From a bacterium (lineage in GTDB: Bacteria > UBA8248), in the NCBI GenBank assembly GCA_963692865.2, contig OY843592.1:320001-384000 (forward strand): a stretch of 64,000 bases of DNA, read 5' to 3'. Within the stretch, counting starts at the first letter, position 1, and each line of letters starts with the position of its first letter. The notes beneath the pieces are model-generated. The model saw only the letters and a list, made by a program, of their open reading frames with translations, searched no databases and had not been told where the DNA came from. Positions 9,497-18,743 of this stretch are shown here, in pieces. Both the position numbers and the translations under genes were made by a program.

Positions 9497-10678
9497 TCAG
9501 GGTTTCCCGCGTTCGTCGAATCGTTCGAGCAGTTCGCCCAACGCGCCCAGCGGAACTACCTCGCCGTCCCGGCGGGACTGCCGCTCCGGGCCTCCATAGA
9601 CGACGGCTCCGTGAACGATACGCGGCAACGCCCTCGCCACACGGCGAAAGGCGTCGAACCAGTCGGAGGCGACCGTCGCGCCGGACTTGATCTCGATGAC
9701 GCCCACCCCGTCTCCGTTCTCGTAGAGAAGGTCGCACTCCAGCCCCCGGACGTCCCGGAAGAAGGACAGGTTGGAGCGGCGCCCCCGGTTGAAGCGGTGC
9801 TTGAGGGCCTCTGCGACGACGGCGTTCTCGAACAGCGTCCCCCGAAGCGGGTGGGTGCCCAATTGCCCGGCGTGTTCGATGCCGATGAGGTGGCTTGCCA
9901 ACCCGACGTCGTGGAAGTAGAGCTTGGGTGACTTGACCAGACGCTTGCGGACGTTGGCGAAAAACGGCGGCAGCTGGAAAACGATGTAGCTCGCTTCGAG
10001 AATCGTCAGCCAGTGGCGCGCCGTGGTGTGGGAGACGCCGGCGTCCGCGCCCAGGGCCGAGAGGTTGGCGAGTTGTCCCACGCGCCCGGCGCACAGGCGG
10101 ACGAACCGGCGGAAGCCGGAGAGGTTGCGGATCTCGCCGATCCGGCGCACGTCGCGCTCCACGTAGGTTTCGAAATAGTCGCCGAGCGCCTGGCGGGGTT
10201 CGAGCTTCTGGTCGTGAATCCGGGGGTAGAAACCGGAATAGAGAACGTCGTCGACCGCTTCGCTCGCGCCCGTCCGCCGCCTTTCGGCGAGCGAGAACGG
10301 CAGCAGGCGCAACAGCGCCGTGCGCCCGGCGAGCGACTGGCCGATGGCGTCGGAGAGCCGGAACTGCTCGCTGCCCGTCAGCACGAAGAGGCCGTTTCTT
10401 CCCGCCCTGTCGGCCAATACCTGGAGATAGGACAGGAGTTCGGGGACGCGCTGTATCTCGTCCAGGACGGCGCCGTCGCCCAGCCGGGAGAGAAAACCCC
10501 GGGGGTCGGTTTCGGCGAATTCCCGCTGGTCCGGCGCCTCGAGGTTGACGTATTCGAGGTGCGGAAAGGCGGCGCGGCAAAGCGTGGTTTTGCCCGACTG
10601 CCTCGGGCCGGTCACCGTGACGAACGGGTATTGTTCGAATAACGCCGTCAGGCAAGGGGTGATCTCACGCTCGATCAT
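9497..10678 (-). CDS. AAA ATPase with DUF4143 domain
   Basis: GPRQSGKTT Walker A, LDEIQ Walker B, TGS, LAGR, KSPKLYFHDVGL, LFEN, ECD..EIK. Start MIEREI, since the longer track ORF overlaps the tRNA. Confidence 0.9.
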   Translation of the reverse strand: MIEREITPCLTALFEQYPFVTVTGPRQSGKTTLCRAAFPHLEYVNLEAPDQREFAETDPRGFLSRLGDGAVLDEIQRVPELLSYLQVLADRAGRNGLFVLTGSEQFRLSDAIGQSLAGRTALLRLLPFSLAERRRTGASEAVDDVLYSGFYPRIHDQKLEPRQALGDYFETYVERDVRRIGEIRNLSGFRRFVRLCAGRVGQLANLSALGADAGVSHTTARHWLTILEASYIVFQLPPFFANVRKRLVKSPKLYFHDVGLASHLIGIEHAGQLGTHPLRGTLFENAVVAEALKHRFNRGRRSNLSFFRDVRGLECDLLYENGDGVGVIEIKSGATVASDWFDAFRRVARALPRIVHGAVVYGGPERQSRRDGEVVPLGALGELLERFDERGKP

Positions 10679-10816
10679 GGGGACAGGGTAGCGCGAAAAT
10701 GGCATAATTGCAAGTACTACTTTCAATATTGCAACATGCGCGGGCGTAGGCGGACGGCAAACATGCAAGAAAGCCGCGGGAAAGCCGGGCCTCGACACGG
10801 GCCCGCCGGTATGAAT

Positions 10817-10909
10817 TGGCGGAGAGGGAGGGATTCGAACCCTCGAGGCGCCTTGTGGGCGCCTATACGATTTCCAGTCGTACTCCTTCGGCCTCTCGGA
10901 CACCTCTCC
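10817..10909 (-). tRNA. tRNA-Ser (anticodon GGA)
   Basis: GGAGAGG acceptor stem pairing CCTCTCC, anticodon loop CT-GGA-AA, long variable arm GGCGCC..GGCGCC, GGTTCGAATCC T-arm, encoded CCA. Confidence 0.96.
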
Positions 10910-11008
10910 GCGGGAGCGGGGCCGCCGCGTGAAAGCGTAAGGCGGCCATGCGGGGATTTGTATACCACGGACGGCGGGGGACTGTCAGTCCGCCGTCTTC
11001 ATCGCGCC

Positions 11009-11037
11009 TTGACTTTTCGCAGCGCTTCCCGGATGAT
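11009..11037 (+). promoter_or_regulatory. Candidate sigma70 promoter
   Basis: TTGACT-17 nt-GATGAT, divergent from the tRNA, just upstream of a small terminated unit. Confidence 0.5.
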
Positions 11038-11043
11038 GCGGCC

Positions 11044-11213
11044 ACGTCAGAAAGGAGGTGATCCCAATATGAAAACACACTGTAGGGACGAGGTGACCGG
11101 CGTCTAGGGGAGAGAGCCCTCGGGAGATTCCCACGGGTTTATCTTCGCCCAGGCGAATCCCCACCAGGTCACCGAACGATGGGAAACCCCGGTCCGCGAG
11201 GGCCGGGGTTTTT
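11044..11213 (+). ncRNA. Candidate structured small RNA or micro-ORF transcript (12-aa ORF MKTHCRDEVTGV at 11069-11107)
   Basis: Promoter upstream; AGAAAGGAGGTGATCC SD; GGTGACC/GGTCACC and GGGGA/TCCCC long-range pairing; intrinsic terminator. Confidence 0.5.
11184..11213 (+). terminator. Intrinsic terminator
   Basis: AAACCCCGGTCC-GCGA-GGGCCGGGGTTTTT: GC stem, GNRA loop, T-run. Confidence 0.8.
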
Positions 11214-11280
11214 CACGTCGCGTCATTTGAAAACTTTCATCTTTCACGTCTTTTGTCTTCAAGCATAAGGAGCGCGTTTC

Positions 11281-11739
11281 ATGTCGCAGACGAACTGGAC
11301 GGTCTATCTATCGGGAGAAGTGCACACCGACTGGCGCGAGCGCATCACCGGGGGCGCGGAAAAAGCGGGGCTTCCGATCACCTTTCTCGCCCCCGTAACG
11401 GACCACGACGCGAGCGACGACTGCGGCGTGTCCATCCTGGGCGATGAGGAAAAGCCGTTCTGGAAGGACCGCAAGGGGGCGGGCGTCAACGCCATCAGGA
11501 CGCGCACGCTCATCGAGAAGGCGGACGTGGTGGTCGTTCGCTTCGGGGAGAAATACAGGCAGTGGAACGCCGCCTTCGACGCGGGCTACGCGGCGGCCCT
11601 GGGAAAGGCCCTCATCACCCTGCACGAGCCGGGTCACACGCACGCCCTCAAGGAGGTGGACGCCGCCGCCATGGCCGTGGCCGAAGAGCCCGAGCAGGTA
11701 GTGCGTATCCTGAACTACGCCGTCAACGGGACGTTGTAG
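11281..11739 (+). CDS. YtoQ family protein (nucleoside 2-deoxyribosyltransferase-like)
   Basis: VYLSGEVHTDWRE, HDASDDCG, RFGEKYRQWNAAFDAGYA motifs; AGGAG RBS. Confidence 0.88.
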   Translation: MSQTNWTVYLSGEVHTDWRERITGGAEKAGLPITFLAPVTDHDASDDCGVSILGDEEKPFWKDRKGAGVNAIRTRTLIEKADVVVVRFGEKYRQWNAAFDAGYAAALGKALITLHEPGHTHALKEVDAAAMAVAEEPEQVVRILNYAVNGTL

Positions 11740-11750
11740 CGGGCGTGCAT

Positions 11751-11977
11751 GGGGTTGCTGGAAAAGTCCGTTTCGCTCGGAATTGACCACCGCCGTCATT
11801 CCGGCGAAAGCCGGAATCCATTTTTCGCCTTTTGCCTTTCGTCAGGGTTCCCGCACATCGGCGGGGAAGGAAACGCCGCCGTTCATTCATCCGCATCCGC
11901 AAATGGATTCCGGCTTTCGCCGGAATGACGAACAAAACCGAACCGCCTCGAAAGGACAGGTCTCGACCTGTCCCTAC
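11751..11977. repeat. TIR-headed element carrying family B REP doublet (GTCATTCCGGCGAAAGCCGGAATCCA) at 11795-11929
   Basis: GGGGTTGCTGGAAAA left end; perfect 26-bp inverted REP arms; homologous to 23047-23367. Confidence 0.85.
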
Positions 11978-12035
11978 CACCCTCTCCGGTCGGGAGCGAC
12001 CTGCGCAGGAACGCGCCGGGGTTTCATCGGCTACT

Positions 12036-13043
12036 TCACCTCCCCCGCGCGAGGACCTCGTAGACTTCCGGGTTCACGAGCGTGGACGGCCGCTCGCCCC
12101 GGAAGTAGGCGAGCACGCACCCGGTCGTGTGGCGGAGCGTGTTGCGAATCGCGTCCTCGCCCCGGCCGCCGAGGTGGGGGGCGAGCACGGCGTTCTCGAG
12201 CGTGAATATGGGATGAGCATAATCGGGCGGCTCCTCGGGGAACACGTCTATCCCCGCGCCGCGGATGACGCCGCTCTGAAGAGCCTCGGTAACGGCGTCG
12301 AGATCGAAGACGGGCCCCCGCGAGGTGTTGAAGACGTAGGCGTCGGGCTTCATGAGGCTTAATATCTCGCGGTTTATGATGTGCGTCGTCTCGGGCGTCA
12401 GGGGCACGTGGCAGGTCAGGTAGTCCGATTCCCTCGCAAGCTCCTCCAGGCTCGCGAAGCGCACGCCCAACGCCTTCGCCGTCTCCTCGTCTTGCGCGAC
12501 GTCGTGGGCGATCACCTTCATGTCGAAGGCGACGGCCCGCTTCGCCACCTGCTTGCCGATGTTGCCGAACCCCAGTATCCCCATCGTCATCCCGTTCAGG
12601 GGGCGCATGGGGGGCTGAATCTCGCGCCACAGGCCCTTCCGGATTTCCGAGTCCAGCCAGCCGATGCGCCGGACGGCGCAGAGCAGCATGCCGAAGAGGT
12701 GCTCGGCCACGGACTGTGAGTTCTGCCCCGCCGAGTTCGCGACGACCACCCCCCGCTCGGTGGCCGCCGGTACGTCCACGTTGTTCACGCCCACGCCCGC
12801 GCGCACGATGATCCGCACGCCGGGGGCGCCGTCCATCACCTTGGCCGTATAGGGCTCCGCCCCCGCGATGACGGCGGTGACGCCCGGCAGGGCCGCGATG
12901 ACGTCTTCTTCGGGCATGTGGCCCCGGCACTCGTCGAGGCGCACCTCAAGGCCCTCCTCCACCAGGGGCCGGAACATCTCCATCGGGTTGTCGAAATTCA
13001 GGATAAAGGGGGTTCCCACCCAGACCACGGGTTTATCGCTCAT
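12036..13043 (-). CDS. D-2-hydroxyacid / phosphoglycerate dehydrogenase-like protein
   Basis: GVGVNNVD, SVAEH, GILGFGNIG, NTSRG, DVFPEEP, APHLGG. Confidence 0.9.
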   Translation of the reverse strand: MSDKPVVWVGTPFILNFDNPMEMFRPLVEEGLEVRLDECRGHMPEEDVIAALPGVTAVIAGAEPYTAKVMDGAPGVRIIVRAGVGVNNVDVPAATERGVVVANSAGQNSQSVAEHLFGMLLCAVRRIGWLDSEIRKGLWREIQPPMRPLNGMTMGILGFGNIGKQVAKRAVAFDMKVIAHDVAQDEETAKALGVRFASLEELARESDYLTCHVPLTPETTHIINREILSLMKPDAYVFNTSRGPVFDLDAVTEALQSGVIRGAGIDVFPEEPPDYAHPIFTLENAVLAPHLGGRGEDAIRNTLRHTTGCVLAYFRGERPSTLVNPEVYEVLARGR

Positions 13044-13105
13044 GCGCTCTCGTCTCCATTTCATTCGTTCTCGGCTGCATTGAGGGGAAATATGAAAATC
13101 AGAGC

Positions 13106-13873
13106 TTACCTGCCCCGCCAGACGGGCTTTCTCTTCTCGCGGAAGGCGAGGATGCCCTCCCTGGAATCCTCGGTGTGCAGGATGCGGTCCGCCACGTCGC
13201 GCGACATGTAGACCCTGTCGCGGTAGCCCAGGTCCTCGCCCCGGCGCGCCGCCTCCTTGATGGCGCAGACCGCCATGGGCGCGGCTTCGAGGATTTCGTG
13301 CGCATAGCGCACAGCCGTTGCGAGAAGCTCCTCGTGCGGCACCACCTCGGTGGCGATTCCCAGGCGAAGGCATTCCTCGGCGGGGATGAACTTGCCGCGC
13401 ATCAGGTAGCTCATCGCTTGCGTCCAGGGAATCGCGTGCGCGCACATGGCCGGGCCGCTGACCGAGGATATCCCCCGGAGCACCTGCGGCCAGCCCATGG
13501 AACCGCGTTCTGAAAAAATGAGGATGTCCGAGTTCAGCGCGAAGCCCGCCCCCTGGGCCAGGCAGGGGCCGTTAATGGCGCAGATGATCGGCTTGTAGAG
13601 ATAGCGGAGATAAAGATAAAGCTCGTCGTTCGACATCACCTGCGCGTCGCTCTCGGGCATCTTCTCCACGATGTCCTTGCCCGAGCAGAAAACGTCCCCC
13701 GCCGCCGTGATGATGGCCACCCAGACGTCCGGGTTGTGCTTGATGTCGGCGTAGGCGTCCTGCACCTCCTTGCGCATGGCGTAGTTGATGGCGTTTTTCT
13801 TCTCGGGCCGGTTGAGAGTCAGGTACGCGACGTGGTTCTTCACTTCATACGTGGTTGCTTCTCGATTCGCCAT
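13106..13873 (-). CDS. Enoyl-CoA hydratase/isomerase family protein
   Basis: LNRPEKKNAI, FCSGKD, KPIICAING, EDSREGILAFREKRKP. Confidence 0.92.
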   Translation of the reverse strand: MANREATTYEVKNHVAYLTLNRPEKKNAINYAMRKEVQDAYADIKHNPDVWVAIITAAGDVFCSGKDIVEKMPESDAQVMSNDELYLYLRYLYKPIICAINGPCLAQGAGFALNSDILIFSERGSMGWPQVLRGISSVSGPAMCAHAIPWTQAMSYLMRGKFIPAEECLRLGIATEVVPHEELLATAVRYAHEILEAAPMAVCAIKEAARRGEDLGYRDRVYMSRDVADRILHTEDSREGILAFREKRKPVWRGR

Positions 13874-14152
13874 GGCCGGGCTTCCTTTTCTGAAAGATGC
13901 GGGAGCGGCGCGGGCCGCTCCATGAAATCATCGTCGGGTCGAAGACGGCCATTGTAGCGAAAACCGCCCGAGCGCGCTCCCGCCCGCGTAAATTCGCAGA
14001 CTGTGCGCTTGAGCGGCCAGCCCCGGCCCCGTCGGCCCTCCTCGAAGCGGGGGCAGCCGATCAAGACCCCTCCCGGAGGGCTGTTGCCCCCCCCCGACAA
14101 GGGGTAACAGCGACGCCCCCCGCCAAGGAGTTAAAAAAGGCCCCCCTGGCAA

Positions 14153-14699
14153 GGGGATGTTGAAAAAGTCCTTCTTGGGGGACATCGCCTTTGCGGGAAG
14201 GCCGCTTTCGCGCGAACCCCCTCGTCGGAATCAACCCCCCTACCCCCCCTTGTCGGGGCTGTTGAAAAACACCTGATTTCGCGATTCGGCGAATGCAGCC
14301 GACCGGGAAGGGAGGGTTCGACGGTTTTGCTCGTCATTCCGGTGTCGGAGCCGACCGCGGAGGGAGGGTTCGACGGAATCCAGAGCCGATGTGAATTTCG
14401 AACCGCAGGACGACCATGAAAAACAATCATGCGAAAAGACGAATTCAAAAGCAAAGTCCCTGGATTCCGGCATGCGCCGGAATGACGGCGTGTAATCTCG
14501 ATTGTAGGGGCCGCATATCATGCGGCCCGTTGCCGGAGAGGCGAAAAAGGCCGGGCCGCATGATATGTCAGACATATATGTCTGACCTGCGGCGGGATTA
14601 CCGACTGACCTGCAAGGACTTTTTCAACAACCCCTTGTCAGGGGGGTACAAGAATGCGATGCGCTCCCGCGGGGCAGAGGGGGGTTTTTCAACAGCCCC
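14153..14699. mobile_element. Outer MITE-like element with TIRs, flanked by GGCAA/GACAA
   Basis: GGGGATGTTGAAAAA ... TTTTTCAACAGCCCC; near-duplicated 5-mer in a CCCCCTGACAAGGGGG-type target. Confidence 0.72.
14255..14634. mobile_element. Inner MITE-like element nested in the outer one, TTGTC target duplication
   Basis: TTGTC[GGGGCTGTTGAAAAA ... TTTTTCAACAACCCC]TTGTC; cargo of REP palindromes. Confidence 0.82.
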
Positions 14700-14845
14700 G
14701 ACAAGGGGGGTTGGGGGGTTCAAGGCCGAAACAGGCATCTCCCGGGAGGGGGAGGCATGGGCGCGTAAATTTCCTTGACGATAAACTTGTGAGAAACTCC
14801 CCCCATCGTTCAAAGCGCGTCCACCGAACCTACAGGAGAAGCCAC

Positions 14846-16501
14846 ATGCGCGTCGTCGACGTCATCGCCGGAATCCTGAAGCGCGAAGGGGTGAGCCACC
14901 TGAACTGCTACCCCACCACCGTCCAGATCGAAGCGGCCGCCGCCCTCGGCATCCGGCCCGTCGTCTGCCGCCAGGAGCGCGTGGGGGTGGGCATCGCCGA
15001 CGGCTTCGCCCGCGTCACCAACGGCGCCGCGCCCTCGGTGTTCACCATGCAGTACGGGCCGGGGGCGGAAAACGCCTTTCCGGGCATCTCCACCGCGTAT
15101 TCCGATTCCACGCCAATGCTGCTGCTCCCCCTCGGCCACGCCAGGGGGCGCGACCGCGTGTTCCCCATGTTCAGTTCGGTCGACTCCTACGCCTCGGTGA
15201 CGAAATCGGCCGAGCAGATCAACGTGCCCGAACGGACGGCGGACGCCATGCGCCGCGCCTTCCACGCGCTCAGGAACGGCCGCCCCGGCCCCGTGCTCGT
15301 GGAGTTGCCCGAAGACATCGCGGGAATGGAAGTCTCGGACGATATGCTCGAAGGCTACGCGCCCGTGAAGCGAACGCGCTCCCAGGCGGACCCGCAGGAC
15401 GTGGAGAGCGCAGCAGAAGCGTTGCTGGCGGCCGAGCGTCCGGTGATCCTCGCGGGCGCGGGCGTGCTCTACGCGGAGGCGACCGAGGAGCTGCGCGAAC
15501 TGGCGGAGCTCCTCCGGGTTCCCGTCCTGACCACCATGGAGGGCAAGAGCGCGATCTCGGAGGCGAACCACCCCCTGGCCCTCGGCGTGGGTTCGAGCGT
15601 CATGGCGGGTCCCGCCTACCATTTCCTGAAAGACGCAAGCCTGGTGTTCGCCGTCGGCACGAGCCTCACCGACCACGGCCTCGCCACGCGCGTGCCCGGC
15701 GGCAAGACCATCGTCCACGCGACGAACGACCCGGTCGACCTGAACAAGAGCTACGCCGCCGATTACCCCGTACTCGGCGACGCGAAGCTCGTGCTGCGCC
15801 AGTTCATCGACTGCTGCGCGGAGCGGATGAAGAACGCGGAGGGGAGCGGGCGGGTAGGAGTACAGGCGCAGGTGGCGGAGGCGCGAAAGGCCTGGCTCGA
15901 CGAGTGGGCGCCCAAGCTCGCATCTGATGAAAAACCCATCAACCCCTACCGCGTGATCCGGGAACTGATGCGCAACGTCCCGCCCGCGGAAGCCGTCGTG
16001 ACGCATGATTCGGGGAACCCGCGGTACGAGGTGCTGCCCATGTATCTGTGCGACACGCCGAGGTCCTATCTCGGCTGGGGGAAATCCCACCAGCTCGGCA
16101 CCGGGCTCGGCCTCGCCATGGGGGCGAAGCTGGCCGCGCCCGACAAGTTCTGCGTGAACTTCATGGGAGACGCGGCGTTCGGCATGACCGGGCTCGATTT
16201 CGAGACCGCCGTGCGCGAGAATCTCCCCATCTGCACCGTGTTGCTCAAGAACTCCACCATGGCGGTGGAGACCAATCACATGGCGCTATCGCATGAGAAA
16301 TACGGCACGCGCGACGTGGGCGGCGAATACGCCGACATCGCCAGAGCGCTCGGCGGCTGGTCGAAGCGCGTGGAGGAGCCGGGCGAGGTCGGCGCGGCCT
16401 TCCTGGAGGCGAGGCGTGTGACCGAAGAGGGAACGCCCGCCCTGATCGAATTCATCACGAGCGAGGAGATGGGCTACTCCCACCCCCGCCCGTTCGGGTA
16501 G
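14846..16501 (+). CDS. Thiamine pyrophosphate-requiring enzyme (acetolactate synthase-like superfamily)
   Basis: RQER, GPGAEN, GRPGPVLVELP, MGDAAFGM TPP motif; start MRVVDV after AGGAG. Confidence 0.9.
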   Translation: MRVVDVIAGILKREGVSHLNCYPTTVQIEAAAALGIRPVVCRQERVGVGIADGFARVTNGAAPSVFTMQYGPGAENAFPGISTAYSDSTPMLLLPLGHARGRDRVFPMFSSVDSYASVTKSAEQINVPERTADAMRRAFHALRNGRPGPVLVELPEDIAGMEVSDDMLEGYAPVKRTRSQADPQDVESAAEALLAAERPVILAGAGVLYAEATEELRELAELLRVPVLTTMEGKSAISEANHPLALGVGSSVMAGPAYHFLKDASLVFAVGTSLTDHGLATRVPGGKTIVHATNDPVDLNKSYAADYPVLGDAKLVLRQFIDCCAERMKNAEGSGRVGVQAQVAEARKAWLDEWAPKLASDEKPINPYRVIRELMRNVPPAEAVVTHDSGNPRYEVLPMYLCDTPRSYLGWGKSHQLGTGLGLAMGAKLAAPDKFCVNFMGDAAFGMTGLDFETAVRENLPICTVLLKNSTMAVETNHMALSHEKYGTRDVGGEYADIARALGGWSKRVEEPGEVGAAFLEARRVTEEGTPALIEFITSEEMGYSHPRPFG

Positions 16502-16507
16502 AGAGGC

Positions 16508-17497
16508 CTACACCTCGACGACGATCTTGCCCATCTGCTGGTTGGATTCCATGTACTCGTACGCCCCCGCCGCCTCGTCGAGCGGGAACGTCCTGGCGAT
16601 GACGGGCTTGAGCGCGCCCGATTCCAGGCCGTCGTAGATGAACTTCTTCCCCCGCTCCCTTTTTTCCGGGAACTTCGTGATCTCCATGATCGTATAGCAC
16701 CGGAAGGTCAGCCCTTTCCGGAGGGCCGGGAACAAGGGAATCACCGCATCCTCGGGCGAGAGGCGGCCGTAGAGGAAAATCGCGCCCTGGTAGGCGGCCG
16801 CATCGGCGAGCTTCGGCAGCGTGGACCCGACGACGGGGTCGAAGACGACGTCGGCGCCCGCGCCGGCCGTGATGTCCATCACCGACTCCGCCAGGTCCTC
16901 CTCGTCCGTCACGACGACCCGGTTCGCGCCGATGTTCAGGAGAAAATCCTTCTTGCCCGCCCCGCGCGTCGTGGCGATCACCCGCGCGCCCACTGATTTC
17001 GCTATCTGTATCGCCGCAACGCCGACGCTGCTGCTCGCCGCCGTGAGCAGGACGGTATCGCCCTCCTTCAATCCTCCGAATTCGATGAGCGCGCCGTATG
17101 CGGTGAAATACTGCATCCAGATGGCGGCTCCCTCGGCGGGCGAGAGTCTGTCGGGGTAGCGGGCGGCGGCGAACGCGGGCACGACCGCCTGCTCGCCGCA
17201 CACGCCGTGCTCCACCATCGAGAAGCAGGGAATCGTGCTCACGCGGTCGCCGACCGCCAGTTCCGCCACGCCCGGACCCACGGCGTCTATCGCCCCGCAG
17301 GCCTCGTAGCCGATTCGGGAGGGGAATTCGGGTTTGTCGTGGTAAAGGCCATGGCGGAAGAGAATCTCCGCCCGGTTGAGCCCTATCGCCTCAACTTTGA
17401 TGCGAACTTCCCCTTCTCCGGGCTGCAAGTCGGAAACCTCCGCCACGCGGAGCACGTCCGCGCCGCCCAACTCGTCAAAAAGAACCGCTTTCGGCAT
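16508..17497 (-). CDS. Quinone oxidoreductase-like MDR family protein
   Basis: AIGLNRAE, GYEACG, TAASSSVG, GKIVV. Confidence 0.9.
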   Translation of the reverse strand: MPKAVLFDELGGADVLRVAEVSDLQPGEGEVRIKVEAIGLNRAEILFRHGLYHDKPEFPSRIGYEACGAIDAVGPGVAELAVGDRVSTIPCFSMVEHGVCGEQAVVPAFAAARYPDRLSPAEGAAIWMQYFTAYGALIEFGGLKEGDTVLLTAASSSVGVAAIQIAKSVGARVIATTRGAGKKDFLLNIGANRVVVTDEEDLAESVMDITAGAGADVVFDPVVGSTLPKLADAAAYQGAIFLYGRLSPEDAVIPLFPALRKGLTFRCYTIMEITKFPEKRERGKKFIYDGLESGALKPVIARTFPLDEAAGAYEYMESNQQMGKIVVEV

Positions 17498-17521
17498 TCC
17501 CTCACCCTCCTTCGCTGTCGC

Positions 17522-18349
17522 TCAAAGAGCAGGCCCGATGGGCCACTCGATTACCGTCACCCCCAGGAACCACAGGGGTTCTATCCGGTAGGTCCAAAGA
17601 TTCGCCTCGGTGTCTCCGCTGAGAGCCGCGGCGGATATCCACGTCCTGATCTCGTTGCCCCCGTTCCCGCCCTTATCGATCTTCTCTTGCGGCCACGCGG
17701 AGAGACCCTTCGCGTCCGCGCGGCGCAGCATGTCGATCACCTCGCGGTCCCACCCCTCGTCGATGGCGCCCAGCTCGGGCGTCCCTATCCAGTGCGAGGG
17801 CGCGCCCGTCGCCACGACGGCGGCGCGCTCGCATCCTGCGTAGCTCTCCAGCAGTCGCCTGAGGGAAACGCCGAGATCGTACGCTCTCGCTGCGGGCGGC
17901 AGGGGCGGCGCCACCGTGTTTTGCAGGACCGGGACGACGGGGAGGCCCGTATCGCCCATCAAGGCCAGTGGCGAGACGAAGGAATGATCCAGCGCCAGTT
18001 CGCGGCAAACCAGGGGGTCGAAGCCGTTCGCCAGCAGCCCGCGCGCCAGATGGGATGCCAGCCCCTCCGCGCCCTCGTAAACGTCGCCCGGCAGAAAAGG
18101 CTCGGTCTCCACCGGGCCGAATCGAGGACCCGCGCCGACCGCCAGGGCGGGGTATCTGTCCATGGAGAAGGCGTGCAGGTGGTCGTTCCCCAGCAGGACC
18201 ATCGCCTCGGCCCCCCGCGCCACGATCTCGCGCGCCATCCTTCGGTAGGAGGAGAATACCTCTTCCCTCACCTCTTCTGCGGGCGCATCGTGCCTGAGCA
18301 GAAAAAGAGGCGTGTGGCTCGCCGCGAAGGCGCCGACGATCTGCGCCAC
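17522..18349 (-). CDS. Extradiol ring-cleavage dioxygenase, LigB-type beta subunit
   Basis: AASHTP, NDH, LDHS, SHW, GGNEIRTW metal/catalytic motifs; GTG start just after the LigA-like gene. Confidence 0.87.
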   Translation of the reverse strand: MAQIVGAFAASHTPLFLLRHDAPAEEVREEVFSSYRRMAREIVARGAEAMVLLGNDHLHAFSMDRYPALAVGAGPRFGPVETEPFLPGDVYEGAEGLASHLARGLLANGFDPLVCRELALDHSFVSPLALMGDTGLPVVPVLQNTVAPPLPPAARAYDLGVSLRRLLESYAGCERAAVVATGAPSHWIGTPELGAIDEGWDREVIDMLRRADAKGLSAWPQEKIDKGGNGGNEIRTWISAAALSGDTEANLWTYRIEPLWFLGVTVIEWPIGPAL

Positions 18350-18350
18350 C

Positions 18351-18629
18351 TTATATCTCTCCCTCATCGGGGCGCGGATAGGAGAGGCCCGCCAGCGCCG
18401 CCCTGTAATCCGCATCCGTTATCCCCGCGCGCATCTGCAGCACGCGCAGCAGGTAGGGGTTCGCGCCGAAGCTCCACAGCGCGCGCACGTCGGAATCGCG
18501 GACCGCCGCCAGTTCCGCGTCGGTTACGTCGTACCCGCGCGCGAACCCGTGCGGGTCGCGCAGGAACGCCTCGCGCTTCTCAAGGGGCTGGATATCGTGG
18601 ATCAAGCGGTTCAGGGCCAGTTTCGACAT
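18351..18629 (-). CDS. LigA-type alpha subunit of aromatic ring-opening dioxygenase
   Basis: 92 aa; LNRL..REAFLRDP..YDVTDAE..GANPYLL pattern; adjacent to the LigB-like gene. Confidence 0.8.
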   Translation of the reverse strand: MSKLALNRLIHDIQPLEKREAFLRDPHGFARGYDVTDAELAAVRDSDVRALWSFGANPYLLRVLQMRAGITDADYRAALAGLSYPRPDEGEI

Positions 18630-18743
18630 GGGGGAAGCCTACAGGAGTAGTCCGTGAAAATAAACGGGAATTGCATACGCCTCTCGACCGCGGGGAACAA
18701 GGTTCTGGATGTGGCAGGGAATGATGGAATCACTCCCTCTTGG

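Noticed and set aside
10679-10903. N-terminal extension of the 468-aa ORF
   Set aside because: It overlaps the tRNA; family-like sequence begins at MIEREI.
10817-10909. tRNA near the selenoprotein as possible tRNA-Sec
   Set aside because: The anticodon is GGA with a 7-bp acceptor stem, so this is an ordinary tRNA-Ser.
11049-11064. Possible 16S rRNA 3' fragment on the minus strand (GGATCACCTCCTTTCT)
   Set aside because: The match is only 16 nt and adjacent sequence shows no helix 44/45 similarity. It sits at SD spacing before an ATG, so it was treated as an extended SD.
11795-11929. Hammerhead-like CTGACGA...GAAA on the minus strand of the REP spacer
   Set aside because: The intervening AAGGCAAAAGGC cannot form stem II, and the core is not conserved in the other copies.
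13840-14813. Short ORFs in repeat regions (WIPAFAGMT, PLKGGV-type peptides)
   Set aside because: Translations of REP/TIR sequences recurring at many loci, with no evidence of coding.
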